Numbered from the stretch's first letter, positions 45,247 to 55,282 are shown. The stretch is DNA of 64,000 nucleotides from an uncultured Acidimicrobiales bacterium (GCA_963842015.1 CAWJFG010000016.1:11059-75058), one strand, 5' to 3'. Made by a program: numbers and translations. Notes: generated by a model not told the origin, from the sequence alone.

Positions 45247-47943
45247 ATGGACGCGTACCGGGCCATGAACTGCCGCCCCGACGGTGGTCGGGCCCCCTTC
45301 GACCGCCAGACTGGTCCGGTGCGTGACTGGCCGCTGGTCGGGCGCGAGGCGGCGCTCGCAGAGCTGCGGGAGCTGGTGACCGGCCCCCAACCCCACGGGG
45401 TCGTCCTCGCCGGGCCCTCGGGGGTCGGCAAGACCTCCCTCGGGCGCGCGTGCGTGCGCGCCGCCGCGGAGGACGGCATCGACACCGCCGAGGTCACCGC
45501 CACGCGGTCGGCCGCCCAGCTGCCCTTCGGCGCCGTCGCCCCCCTGCTGGACGTGGCGGCTCCCGGCCGGGCCGCGGCCGGCGACCGCGCCGATCTGCTG
45601 CACCGCTCGGTCGCCGCCCTGGCGGCCCGGGCGGAGGACCGCGGCCTGCTGCTCTTCGTCGACGACGCCCACCTGCTCGACGACGCGTCCGCGACGCTCG
45701 TCCACCAGGTCGCCGTGTCGGGCGCGGCCGTCGTGCTCGCCACCGTGCGGTCAGGCGACCCGGCTCCCGACCCCGTCGTCGCCCTGTGGAAGGACGGTCT
45801 GGCCGAGCGCATCGAGGTGGCCGGCCTCGACGCCGACGCCACCGCCGCGCTGCTCGTCGCCGTGCTGGACGGACCGGTCGACCCGGCCACCGCCGCGCAG
45901 CTCACCGAGCGGAGCCAGGGCAACGCCCTGTTCATCCGCGAGCTCGTGGAGGGGGCCCTCGACGACGGGAGCCTGCGGGCCGACGACGGGATCTGGCGGC
46001 TGGTCGGCGAGATCGCACCATCGGCGCGGCTCGTCGAGATCGTCGAGGCGCGCCTGGGCCGGCTCGACCCCGACGAACGCGCCCTGCTCGAGCTCGTGGC
46101 CTACGGCGAGCCGCTGGGCCAGGCCGAGCTCACGACGCTGTCCGACCCGGGGATCGCCGAGGCGCTCGAGCGCCGCGGGCTGCTCGCCAGCCATCTCGAC
46201 GGGCGCCGCCTGCAGGTCCGCCTCGCCCACCCCCTCTACGGCGACGTGGTGCGCGCCCGCACCCCGGCCGTGCGTGCCCGCGCCATCGCCGAGTCGCTGG
46301 CCGACGCCGTCGAGCAGGCCGGAACGGCCCGCCACGAGGACGCCCTGCGCATCGCCACGTGGCGCCTGACCGCGGGCGACGGCGACCCGCGGCTGCTGCT
46401 CGAGGGCGCCACGATCGCCCGCTGGCGCGACGACTTCCCCCTCGCCGAGAGGCTGGCCCGGGCCGCCGCCGACGCCGGCGCCGGGTTCGATGCCGACCTG
46501 CTGGCGGCGCACGTCACCGGCCTCCTCGGCCGACCCGACGTCGCAGACGCCGAGCTCGCGGATCTGGAGGAGCGGGTCGACGACGACGCCGAGCGCAGCC
46601 GCGTCGCCATCGCCCGCTTCGACACGTCGGCCGTGTGGACCGCCGTCGACGACGACGACGTCCTCGGCACCGCACTGGCGGCGGTCGCCGACCCGACGTG
46701 GCGCGACCGCCTCGAGGCCCGCCGGCTGGCCGTCGTGCTCAACGCCGAGGGGCCGCGTGCGGCCGTGGACGCCGCCGGGCCCGTGCTCGCCCGCGCCGAG
46801 GGCGAAGCTCTGGCGTTCGCCTCGCTCGTCGCCGCCTACGGACTCGCCCGTTGCGGGCGCATCGACGAGGCGCTCGCGCTGTCCGAGCAGGGCGCCGCGG
46901 CGCGCCGCGAGGTCGACAGCCCGCTTGCGTGGCCCGCGTGGTGGCATGCCGTCACGGGGTGCATGGCCCTGCTCTACGCCGGGAGGTTCGACGAGGCGAC
47001 GGCCATGGCCGGCGACCAGCACCGCGACGCGGTGGCCGAGGGAGTGATCGAAGCCCAGGCGATGTTCGCGCTGCTGGAGGCCACCGCGGCGGCCGACCGG
47101 GGGCGGGTCCGCACCGCGGTTCGGCGGGCCCGCGAGGCGCTGGGCGTGCACCAGGCGCTCGACCGGCCCGTGCTGGTCCGCCAGGACCTCATCGTCAGCG
47201 CCATGGCGGCCGCGCTCACGGGGGACGCCGCCGCCGCCACCACCGACCTCGCCGAGCTCGACGCCCTGGGCCTGCCCCCGGTGCGGCGCGACGAGGTCGA
47301 CCTGCTCGGGGCCCGCGGGTGGACCGCGGCGGCCGCCGGCGACCTCCCCGGGCGCGCGCCCATCTCGAGCGCGCGGCCGCCCTGGGCGCCACGATCGGCG
47401 ACGCCGTCGGCGAGGCCGCCGCGCTGCACGGCCTCGCCCGTCTCGGACGGCCCGGCGACGTGCGCGAGCGGCTGGCGACGCATCGCCGCCGAGGTCGGCG
47501 GTGTCCTCGTGCCGGCCCGCCTCGCCCACGCCGAGGCGCTGGCGGCAGGCGACGCCGCCGCGCTCGACGAGGTCGTCACCCGGTTCGAGGACATGGGTGC
47601 CGTCCTGCTGGCCGCCGAGGCGGCCGCCGACGCCGCTGTCGCCCTCCGCCGGGCCGGCGATCCGCGGGCCGCGGCTGCCGCCGAGCGCCGGGCCGGCGCC
47701 CTCGCGGCGCAGGCCGAGGATCCGGTCACCCCGGCGCTGCAGGGCGTCGAGACCCGGGCGGTGCTGACGCCGGCCGAGCGCGAGACGGCGGTGCTGGCGG
47801 CGACCGGGCGGGCGAACAAGGAGATCGCCGAGCAGCTGCACCTCTCGCCCCGCACGGTCGAGAACCGGCTGCAGCGGGTCTACGACAAGCTGGGCATCGC
47901 GGGACGGGGCGAGCTCGGCGAAGTGCTCGACAAGGCCGGTTGA
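45247..47943 (+). CDS. Large ATP-binding LuxR-family regulator (STAND/LAL type)
   Basis: It has Walker A LAGPSGVGKTSL and the C-terminal HTH LTPAERETAVLAATGRANKEIAEQLHLSPRTVENRLQRVYDKLG. See the finding on 47350-47482. Confidence 0.8.
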   Translation: MDAYRAMNCRPDGGRAPFDRQTGPVRDWPLVGREAALAELRELVTGPQPHGVVLAGPSGVGKTSLGRACVRAAAEDGIDTAEVTATRSAAQLPFGAVAPLLDVAAPGRAAAGDRADLLHRSVAALAARAEDRGLLLFVDDAHLLDDASATLVHQVAVSGAAVVLATVRSGDPAPDPVVALWKDGLAERIEVAGLDADATAALLVAVLDGPVDPATAAQLTERSQGNALFIRELVEGALDDGSLRADDGIWRLVGEIAPSARLVEIVEARLGRLDPDERALLELVAYGEPLGQAELTTLSDPGIAEALERRGLLASHLDGRRLQVRLAHPLYGDVVRARTPAVRARAIAESLADAVEQAGTARHEDALRIATWRLTAGDGDPRLLLEGATIARWRDDFPLAERLARAAADAGAGFDADLLAAHVTGLLGRPDVADAELADLEERVDDDAERSRVAIARFDTSAVWTAVDDDDVLGTALAAVADPTWRDRLEARRLAVVLNAEGPRAAVDAAGPVLARAEGEALAFASLVAAYGLARCGRIDEALALSEQGAAARREVDSPLAWPAWWHAVTGCMALLYAGRFDEATAMAGDQHRDAVAEGVIEAQAMFALLEATAAADRGRVRTAVRRAREALGVHQALDRPVLVRQDLIVSAMAAALTGDAAAATTDLAELDALGLPPVRRDEVDLLGARGWTAAAAGDLPGRAPISSARPPWAPRSATPSARPPRCTASPVSDGPATCASGWRRIAAEVGGVLVPARLAHAEALAAGDAAALDEVVTRFEDMGAVLLAAEAAADAAVALRRAGDPRAAAAAERRAGALAAQAEDPVTPALQGVETRAVLTPAERETAVLAATGRANKEIAEQLHLSPRTVENRLQRVYDKLGIAGRGELGEVLDKAG

Positions 47944-47950
47944 CCCCGCC

Positions 47951-48841
47951 TCAGATCATGGAGCGGATCTCGGACGCGACCACGTCGGGGGCCTCCAGCG
48001 GCGGCCAGTGGCCGACGTCGTCGAGCGCGACGATCCGACCCTGCGGCACGTGGTCGATCAGCCGCGGGACCACGTGGCCGCCCGACACCGGATCGAGCAG
48101 GCCCCAGACGAACACCATCGGGACGTCCGCGCCCTCGAGCGCGCCGCGCCACCGGACGGCGTGCGCACGACGGTCGGCGACGTAGTGCAACAGGTCGTGC
48201 ATGAGCGGGACGCCGCCGCCCTCGTCCATCGACCGGAAGATCTCGTGCACCGCCGCCTCGTCGAACGGCCGCCGCTCGCCCCAGGTGCCGCGCAGGCCGT
48301 TGGTGAACGCGGCCTCGTCGACGGCCGCGGCGATCTCGGCCCCGTGCTCTGGGTCGAGGAGCATCTGCTGGCCCGGGGTCGGCCGGTGGAGGTCGGGGTA
48401 CACCCCGCCGTTCATCCAGACGACGCCGGTGATCTCGGGAGGGCCGTCCCCACTGGCGCCGAGCGAGCCCTCGGCCCGGCGGGCGAGCAGCTCCTGGGCG
48501 ACCGACACGCTGTAGTCGTGGGCCACGAGCAGGGTGCTCGTCGTCCCCTTCGCCGCCCACAGCGCCTCGACCGCATCGGCGGCCGCGTGGATCGAGTACG
48601 TGTGCCCGCCCTCGCCGGCCGGCGGCTTGTCCGACATCCCGAACCCCGGCATGTCGAGGGCGAGGAGCCGCAGCCCGTCGAGCTGTTCCGCCGCCTCCGC
48701 GATGTCCAGCGACGCCGAGGGGTAGCCGTGGCAGAAGGTGTACGACGGTGCGTCCGCCGGCCCGACGTCGTAGGTCGCCACCCGCAGCCCGCCGCTGTCG
48801 ATGGGCGTCGCCCGCGCCCGCCACTCGTCCCAGGTCGCCAT
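47951..48841 (-). CDS. alpha/beta hydrolase
   Basis: From ATG 48841 the motifs include FCHGYPSAS, DMPGFGMSD, VAHDYS and VGHWP. Confidence 0.85.
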   Translation of the reverse strand: MATWDEWRARATPIDSGGLRVATYDVGPADAPSYTFCHGYPSASLDIAEAAEQLDGLRLLALDMPGFGMSDKPPAGEGGHTYSIHAAADAVEALWAAKGTTSTLLVAHDYSVSVAQELLARRAEGSLGASGDGPPEITGVVWMNGGVYPDLHRPTPGQQMLLDPEHGAEIAAAVDEAAFTNGLRGTWGERRPFDEAAVHEIFRSMDEGGGVPLMHDLLHYVADRRAHAVRWRGALEGADVPMVFVWGLLDPVSGGHVVPRLIDHVPQGRIVALDDVGHWPPLEAPDVVASEIRSMI

Positions 48842-48989
48842 GCGCTCAGCTTGGCACGGGGCCGGATCGTCGCGTGGCGGGGACGAGACCCCGGACCGTC
48901 CGACCGCCAGAGTCGGGACCGGCCCTTGCCTCCCGCTCACCGCCGGACGGGCGGGCTACGCTCCCGCATCCGATCGGAGGTGGGCGGGC

Positions 48990-49283
48990 ATGAACATCGG
49001 GGCACCCGAGCTCCTCATCGTGATGCTGGTGGTCCTGGTGCCGCTGGCCCTGTCGATCTGGGGACTGGTCGACGCATCGTCGCGGCCGGACTGGGCGTGG
49101 CAGCGGTCGGGGCAGAATCGGACGCTGTGGATCGTGCTGCTCGCCGTGAGCCTCCCCATGTGCTTCGTGGGCGCCGTCATCGCCCTCGTCTACCTGCTCG
49201 CGGTGCGTCCCCAGGTCGCCCGCCAGCAGGGCGCCGGGCCGTCTCCGGGGACGCCCCCACCTCCCGACGTCCCGTTCGCCTGA
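48990..49283 (+). CDS. Small two-TM membrane protein (PLDc_N / cardiolipin-synthase-N-like)
   Basis: GGAGG is the RBS. It reads MNIGAPELLIVMLVVLVPLALSIWGLVDAS..RTLWIVLLAVSLP. The domain call is tentative. Confidence 0.55.
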   Translation: MNIGAPELLIVMLVVLVPLALSIWGLVDASSRPDWAWQRSGQNRTLWIVLLAVSLPMCFVGAVIALVYLLAVRPQVARQQGAGPSPGTPPPPDVPFA

Positions 49284-49313
49284 CTCGCCCGGGCGGTCCG
49301 GCCCGCACCGCCG

Positions 49314-50120
49314 ATGACCACAGACGAGACCCACGCCGACCGGCTCCTCGCGGGGGGCATCGCCAACGCCGGCGCGATCGTCCGTCGCGGCGACCTCGTG
49401 CTGCGGCCGGGCGGGCCCCACACGGCAGGGGTGCACCGGTTCCTGGCGGGTCTCCGGACGGCCGGCTTCGACGGCGCACCCGAGCCGCACGGCGTCGGGG
49501 ACGACGGGCGCGAGCGGCTGGGCTTCATCCCGGGCGACGTGGCGGTGCCGCCGTACCCGGCATGGGTGCAGACCGACGCGGCCCTGGCCTCGATCGCCCG
49601 CCTCGCCCGCCGCCTCCACGACGCCGCGGCCGCGGTCGGCGTGCCGGACGGCGACTGGAACGACGAGCTGGCCGATCCGGCCGGCGGCCCGATCGTGTGC
49701 CACAACGACCTGTGCCTCGAGAACGTGGTGTTCCGCGGCGGCGAGGCGGTCGGGCTCATCGACTTCGACTTCGCCGCCCCCGGCCGTGCGCTCCACGACC
49801 TGGTCCACTTCGCCCGCATGTGCGTCCCGCTCGATGACGACGTCACCGCGGCGCGTCGTGGCTGGATGCCCGACGACCGCTCGCGTCGGCTGCGGCTCGT
49901 GTGCGACGCCTACGGCCTCGCTCACGACGACCGCCACCGGGTCGTCGAGCAGATCGGTGCGTCGATCGCGCAGGCGACGGCGTTCGTCCGCCGCCGCATC
50001 GAGGCAGGCGAGACGGCGTTCGCGACGACGCTCGACGAGCTGGGCGGTGAGGACCGGTTCCGGCGACGAGACGAGTGGTGGCGAGACCATCGCGACGCCG
50101 TCGCCGATGCCCTCCGGTGA
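49314..50120 (+). CDS. Aminoglycoside/choline-kinase-type phosphotransferase family protein
   Basis: It has the catalytic loop VCHNDLCLENVVF and GLIDFDFA. Confidence 0.8.
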   Translation: MTTDETHADRLLAGGIANAGAIVRRGDLVLRPGGPHTAGVHRFLAGLRTAGFDGAPEPHGVGDDGRERLGFIPGDVAVPPYPAWVQTDAALASIARLARRLHDAAAAVGVPDGDWNDELADPAGGPIVCHNDLCLENVVFRGGEAVGLIDFDFAAPGRALHDLVHFARMCVPLDDDVTAARRGWMPDDRSRRLRLVCDAYGLAHDDRHRVVEQIGASIAQATAFVRRRIEAGETAFATTLDELGGEDRFRRRDEWWRDHRDAVADALR

Positions 50121-50232
50121 CCCCGCGGCCCGATCAACCCGGGCGACCGGCCGCTGATCCGCGCCCGCACCGCCTCGCCTCCGCCCGCCAACGTGCCGCC
50201 ATGCAGAGCGTGGCGCCAGGCGCACGCTCACG

Positions 50233-50739
50233 CTATGCAGCGGGTGGGCGACCGACGGGGACCGCGGCGACGATCCCGGCGTCTGCGCACGCCGCGGCGA
50301 AGGCGTCGAGCCGCCGGCGGATGTCACGGCCCAGCAGCCACACACCGACGCGGTCGGCGACGGGCGCCAGCCAGCCGGGGCGGATGGTGAAGTTGTAGCG
50401 CCAGGTCGCCTCTGTGCGCGGCTCGCCGTCGGCGCCCGGGGCGGAGGGAGTGAAGTTCCAGCCACCCGAGAACGTCCGGAAGAACCACGGGCCGCGCACC
50501 ATCTTCATGCCCACGTGCCCGGGTGGGCGGAAGGTGACGTACTCGGACACCATCGTCAGCCGGTGGCGCGACCGCGTCCAGGTGCGCACGCCCTTGGCGG
50601 CCGCGGTGGCCCCGTCGAGGAGGCGCTGCTCACGCACGAACGGGTCCCAGCGGTACCGCAGCTCGCCGTAGGTCTGGGAGAGGGCGAAGGCCCGCGCCGG
50701 GTCGAGGGGCACGGTGACGGTCGACGACACGCGGGGCAC
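50233..50739 (-). CDS. SRPBCC (START/polyketide-cyclase-like) family protein
   Basis: From GTG 50739 it reads VPRVSSTVTVPLDPARAF..MVRGPWFFRTFSGGWNF... The upstream part of the ORF-track entry is antisense to mce. Confidence 0.65.
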   Translation of the reverse strand: MPRVSSTVTVPLDPARAFALSQTYGELRYRWDPFVREQRLLDGATAAAKGVRTWTRSRHRLTMVSEYVTFRPPGHVGMKMVRGPWFFRTFSGGWNFTPSAPGADGEPRTEATWRYNFTIRPGWLAPVADRVGVWLLGRDIRRRLDAFAAACADAGIVAAVPVGRPPAA

Positions 50740-50826
50740 GCCGCCAGTGTCGCCTGCCGCACGGAGGGGCGGGCGTCGCCCCCGCGGCTGGGCCCCTCCC
50801 AGGGCGCGCCCACTAGGTTTCTCCAC

Positions 50827-51228
50827 GTGCTGCTGACCGAGATCGACCACGTCGCCATCGCCGTCAACGACCTCGAGGCGGCCATCGCCTACTACCGCGA
50901 CACCTTCGGCGCCGAGGTCGACCACCGCGAGGTGGTCGAGTCCGACGGGGTGGAGGAAGCGCTGCTGAAGGTCGCCGACAGCTACGTCCAACTTCTCACC
51001 CCCACCCGCGGCGATTCGCCCGTCGCCAAGTACCTCGAGCGCAAGGGCGAAGGGCTGCACCACATCGGCTACCGGGTCGACGACTGCGCGGCCGCCCTCG
51101 ACGCCGTCAAGGCGCAGGGCGGGCGGGTCATCGACGAGGCTCCCCGCCCGGGCAGCCGCGGCACGACGGTGGCGTTCGTCCACCCGAAGACCGCGTTCGG
51201 CACGCTCATCGAGCTCGTCCAGGAGTAA
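50827..51228 (+). CDS. mce: Methylmalonyl-CoA epimerase
   Basis: From GTG 50827 it reads IDHVAIAVNDLEAAIAYYRDTFG..GEGLHHIGYRVDD..PRPGSRGTTVAFVHPK. Confidence 0.9.
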   Translation: MLLTEIDHVAIAVNDLEAAIAYYRDTFGAEVDHREVVESDGVEEALLKVADSYVQLLTPTRGDSPVAKYLERKGEGLHHIGYRVDDCAAALDAVKAQGGRVIDEAPRPGSRGTTVAFVHPKTAFGTLIELVQE

Positions 51229-51290
51229 CCACACCGCAACGAGCACCGCTGGTACCGTCCGAGCGACGCAGCGTCAGGCTGCTAGCGCTC

Positions 51291-51914
51291 ATGACGGAGG
51301 CGCTCATGGAACCCGCAGTTCCCATCGGCCCCGCATACCCGGCGACCTACGAGGTCGACGACGCGGGACCGATCGACCGCTGGCGGCCATTCGTCCAGTG
51401 GTTCCTCGCCATCCCGCACTACGTCGTGCTGTACGCCCTGGGCATCGTCTCGAGCGTGCTCGCCTTCGTGGCGTGGTTCGTGATCCTGTTCACCGGCAAG
51501 CTCCCCGAGGGCCTCGCCGGCTGGCAGGCGCTGTTCCTCCGCTACACGAACCGCACGTACGGGTACGCGGACTTCCTCCGCGAGGAGTACCCGCCGTTCA
51601 CGTTCGACCTCACGGGGGCCGACCCTGGCGACTACCCCGGCATCCGGACGGACGTCGCCATCGCCCACGAGGACCGCAACCGCCTCACCGTGGGGTTCCG
51701 GTTCATCCTCGTCATCCCGCACGCCATCGCGCTGTTCTTCCTGGGCATCGGCGCCTGGGTGGCGATGATCATCGGGGCGTTCGCCATCCTCTTCACCGGT
51801 GCCTGGCCCGAGGGCCTGCGCCGGTTCGTGGTCGGGGTGTGGCGGTGGAGCACCCGGGTCAACGCCTACTACCTGCTGCTCGTCGACGACTACCCGCCGT
51901 TCAGCCTCGACTGA
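51291..51914 (+). CDS. DUF4389-like membrane protein
   Basis: It has the duplicated module RW.PF..WFLAIPHY..F..WF.ILFTGK.PEGL and ends in YPPFSLD. Confidence 0.75.
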   Translation: MTEALMEPAVPIGPAYPATYEVDDAGPIDRWRPFVQWFLAIPHYVVLYALGIVSSVLAFVAWFVILFTGKLPEGLAGWQALFLRYTNRTYGYADFLREEYPPFTFDLTGADPGDYPGIRTDVAIAHEDRNRLTVGFRFILVIPHAIALFFLGIGAWVAMIIGAFAILFTGAWPEGLRRFVVGVWRWSTRVNAYYLLLVDDYPPFSLD

Positions 51915-51983
51915 ACCCGGGCGGGGGCGCGCCGATGGCCGGGTCCCCGTTGACCCGGCCACCGACTTGCCTGCAGGAAGGGA

Positions 51984-52505
51984 TCAGCCGCCGGCCGCCG
52001 AGGGCGGCACCATCACGGCGTCGATCAGGTGCACGGTGGCGTTGGCCGTCGTGATGTCGGGCACCACGACCTCGGCCTGATCGCCGAGCGTCACGGTGTC
52101 GCCCTCCACGCTGATCGACAGCTCCTCGCCGGTGAGCGTGGTCACAGAGGTCTCGCCGGCCAGCGCCGCGGCGTCGAGCTGCTCGCCCGGGACGACGTGG
52201 AACCCGAGCACGGTCGTCAGCAGGCCCGACGGGTCGGCCAGCGCCGCCTCGATCGTGGCCGGGTCAGCGGCGGCGAAGGCGCAGTCGGTCGGGGCGAACA
52301 CCGTGAGCGCCGGCGCCGAGTTGAGCGTGTCGACGAGGTTGGCGGCGGTCACGGCCTCGGTCAGCGTGGTGAGCACCGGGTTGTTCGAGGCCGCCGTCCC
52401 CACCGGATCGTCGGTCATGCCCTCGAGCGTGCCCTCGTCCTGGCCGCTCTGCACCATGGCCGTGATCTGCTCGGCATCGCACGCCTCGGCCGAGCTGGCC
52501 GGCAT
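51984..52505 (-). CDS. Fasciclin (FAS1) domain protein
   Basis: Motifs include [20 protein letters not shown] and [13 protein letters not shown] lipoprotein signal peptide sits upstream in another frame (52509-52678). Confidence 0.8.
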   Translation of the reverse strand: MPASSAEACDAEQITAMVQSGQDEGTLEGMTDDPVGTAASNNPVLTTLTEAVTAANLVDTLNSAPALTVFAPTDCAFAAADPATIEAALADPSGLLTTVLGFHVVPGEQLDAAALAGETSVTTLTGEELSISVEGDTVTLGDQAEVVVPDITTANATVHLIDAVMVPPSAAGG

Positions 52506-52770
52506 GGCGCGTCCTCGGACCCGTCGGCCATCGTCGTGTCGCTGTCGTCGGACTGCTGCTCGGTCGTGTTGGCAGTCGCCTCGTCGTCGTCGCCCGAGCA
52601 GGCAGCCGCACCGGCCGTCACCAGCGCGACAGCGGCGAACATCCCGGCGATGCCTCGAAGAGCCTTGGTACCTCGCATGGGGTTCCCTTTCGTGGTGGGG
52701 GTCGTGGAGTCATTCGGCGCCAGTCCCCCGCACGGACGCAGGAGATCCGGGACCGAGCTCCCGCGCCTGC

Positions 52771-53850
52771 TCACTCGACGTCGACGACCAGCGACATCCA
52801 GCCGCTGGCGCCGTCGGGGAGCGGCTCGGCCCGATCCTCGGTCTGGCGCTCTCCCGTGCCGTCGACGGCCCGCACGGTCAGGTCGTGGCGGCCGGGGGTG
52901 GCATCCCACTCGTAGCGCCACTGTCGCCACGTCTCCCGTGCGACCTCGCCGGCCAGCACGGCCGGCTCGAAGTCGCCGTCATCGACGCGGACCTCGACCG
53001 CGCGGATGCCGCGCGTCTGCGCCCAGGCCACCCCGCCGACCGTCACGCGACCGGCGGCGACCGACTCGAAGCTGCGGGGCGTGTCGATGCGGGCCATGGT
53101 CTTGATCGGCGCCTGCTCGGCGTAGCCCCGCGGCACCCAGTACTGGTCGAAGGCGTCGAACGTCGTGACCTCGAGCTCGGTCAGCCATTTGGTCGACCCG
53201 ACGTAGCCGTAGATGCCCGGCGTCACCAGCCGGGCGGGGAAGCCATGGCGCAGCGGGAGCGCCTCGCCGTTCATGCCGATGGCGACGAGGCACGGACGGT
53301 CGTACGCGGCCTCGATCGGGAACCCGCACGTGTAGCCGTCGGTGGAGCGGCCGACGAGCTGGTCGGCTCGGCCCTGCGGCCGCGCCCGGTCGAGCAGGTC
53401 GCGGGTGCGCACGCCGAGCCAGCGGGCGTTGCCGACGAGGTTCCCGCCCACCTGGTTCGAGATGCACGTCATCGTGATGTCGGCCTCGACGACGTCCAGG
53501 TCGGACAGCTCGGCGTAGGTGAGCTCGAACGGCTCGTCGACCATGCCGGTGACCGACAGCGTCCAGTCCTCGGCCCGCACCTGCGGGACGATCAGGGCCG
53601 TGTCGACCCGGTAGAAGTCGCGGTTCGGGGTCACGAACGGCGCGATGCCCGCGACCCCGGCCTCCGCGGTCGCCGGGACGGCCGGCAGGGGCACGGCGGG
53701 TCGCGGCAGGGTCACGCCGGCACGCGACTCGGCCGCGCTGAACCGTCCGCGCAGCGCCCGCCCGCCCGCGCCGGCCAGGGCCGCTCCCGCGGCGACGGCC
53801 GCGGTGACACCGAGGAAGGCGCGCCGCGAGCCCACCCCACCGCGGGTCAA
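52771..53850 (-). CDS. Molybdopterin-dependent (sulfite-oxidase-family) oxidoreductase domain
   Basis: It has a twin-arginine-like motif GSRRAFLG, then FYRVDTAL, MTCISNQVGG, GFPARLVTPGIYGYVGSTKWL and an Ig-like dimerisation tail. Confidence 0.85.
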   Translation of the reverse strand: MTRGGVGSRRAFLGVTAAVAAGAALAGAGGRALRGRFSAAESRAGVTLPRPAVPLPAVPATAEAGVAGIAPFVTPNRDFYRVDTALIVPQVRAEDWTLSVTGMVDEPFELTYAELSDLDVVEADITMTCISNQVGGNLVGNARWLGVRTRDLLDRARPQGRADQLVGRSTDGYTCGFPIEAAYDRPCLVAIGMNGEALPLRHGFPARLVTPGIYGYVGSTKWLTELEVTTFDAFDQYWVPRGYAEQAPIKTMARIDTPRSFESVAAGRVTVGGVAWAQTRGIRAVEVRVDDGDFEPAVLAGEVARETWRQWRYEWDATPGRHDLTVRAVDGTGERQTEDRAEPLPDGASGWMSLVVDVE

Positions 53851-54472
53851 TGCGATCGGCGACGGGCCGTCGGGCGCCGAGGTCCCCGGGCGCCGGGCCC
53901 CCGGACGAGGGGCGCGGCGCCGGGCGCGGCACGAGCACCCGCAACGCGAGCGCCCCGGCGACGGCCGCGGCGACGCTCGGCAGGGCGGCCGCCGCGGTGG
54001 CGTTGGGGGTCGCGAGCGAGGCGAGCACGCCGACCAGCCCGAACGCCGCCATGCCCATGGTGCCGGCGAGCGGCCGGCGGCGCGACGCGAGCCCGAGGAG
54101 GGCGCCGAACACGGCGGACATGACCAGGATCCCGATGACGAGCGCCAGCTTGTCGTTGGTCCCGAAGGTCTCGATGGCGAACCGCTCGACCGGCTTCGGC
54201 GCCCGATCGATCACCTCGGTGGCGACCGCCTCGACCGGTGAGCGCAGGCTCGGGTCCAGCCCGGCGACGAGCTCGCCGGCCCCGAGCGCCAGCCCGGCCG
54301 ACACCAGGCCGGCCGTCGCCGCCCGCAGGCGACCGGCGGGGGCGGTCGTGCCGCCTCCCGACCGGTCGCCCCGCACCGGGGGGAGGGGGCCCGGGGCGCC
54401 GGCCGGCGGCGAACCGGCAGCCGTGGGGGGCGATGGCGTCAGGGCGTGGTGGGGATCCGCGTCGTGTGCCAT
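53851..54472 (-). CDS. Polytopic membrane segment. It is probably the N-terminal part of the Moco oxidoreductase in another frame.
   Basis: From ATG 54472 it reads ..LVSAGLALGAGELVAGL..LALVIGILVMSAVFGALLGL..GMAAFGLVGVLASL... The frame then degrades into Arg/Gly junk after about 53860. Confidence 0.5.
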
Positions 54473-54550
54473 CGCCCCGTCGATTCGTCGCCGGAGGGGG
54501 CGCCGGATGACCGGGGCCGACGATCGGTTCGGGCGGGGGCGGCGCGGCGC

Positions 54551-55282
54551 TCAGGCGGGGGCGAGCGCGCCGGTGCCCACGATGGTGCCCGTGGGCTGTG
54601 GCGAGCCGGATGCCGGCTCCTCGCTGATCGCCACCTGCGTCGTGGACGCGGGCAGGGCGACGCGGACCTCGTCGGCGGTCCCGGCGCCGAGGACGCCCAG
54701 CGACACCGGCGCGGGCCCGTCGAGCGACCACAGCTGGTATGCCTGCTCGGGCGGCAGCGGCGTCGCCTGCTCGAACCGCACGAACGAACCGTCGTCGTCG
54801 GCCTCGACCCGAGCGATCGGGGTGCCGTCCTCGGCCGCGATGGTGCCGACCGGCAGGTCCTCGGCCGCCACCTCGCTGCCGTCGTCGTCGGAGACCCGGG
54901 CGGCGATCACCGGACCGAGCACCAGCGCCAGCACCACGACCGCGGCCGCGGCGAGCGCCGCGACCATCCGGCGTTGCCGGCGGGGCTGCAGGTGGCGCGG
55001 CGGCTCGTAGCCGGCTGCGGGGGCACGGTCCTCCACGCCCGTGGCGGGCGCGGGGCCCGGCGGGACCGCGCGCGCGTCGGCGGCGATCTGATCCCACAGC
55101 CACGGCGGCGGCTGCTCGTCCTCGATCGTGAGCGACATCGTCTCGCGATAGACCGCGAGCTCTTGCTGGCACGCCGCACAGGTGGCGACGTGCGCCTCGA
55201 CGGCGGCGCGCTCGTCGCCCTCGAGCCCGTCGATCGCGTAGACGGCCAGGTCGTCGTGAGGGTGTGCGTCGGGGAAGCCCAT
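54551..55282 (-). CDS. Anti-sigma-K factor RskA-like (zf-HC2 plus TM plus RskA domain)
   Basis: The zinc motif reads HVATCAACQQEL. The TM segment is MVAALAAAAVVVLALVLGPV. The C-terminal domain shows YQLWSL..PVSLGVL. Confidence 0.8.
   Translation of the reverse strand: MGFPDAHPHDDLAVYAIDGLEGDERAAVEAHVATCAACQQELAVYRETMSLTIEDEQPPPWLWDQIAADARAVPPGPAPATGVEDRAPAAGYEPPRHLQPRRQRRMVAALAAAAVVVLALVLGPVIAARVSDDDGSEVAAEDLPVGTIAAEDGTPIARVEADDDGSFVRFEQATPLPPEQAYQLWSLDGPAPVSLGVLGAGTADEVRVALPASTTQVAISEEPASGSPQPTGTIVGTGALAPA

Noticed and set aside
39334-51228. Thiolase, ccr and methylmalonyl-CoA epimerase taken as an ethylmalonyl-CoA pathway cluster.
   Set aside because: The genes are real, but they are scattered among unrelated genes. 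The pathway's mutase, dehydrogenase and lyase genes are not in the window. This is ordinary central metabolism and not a novel feature.
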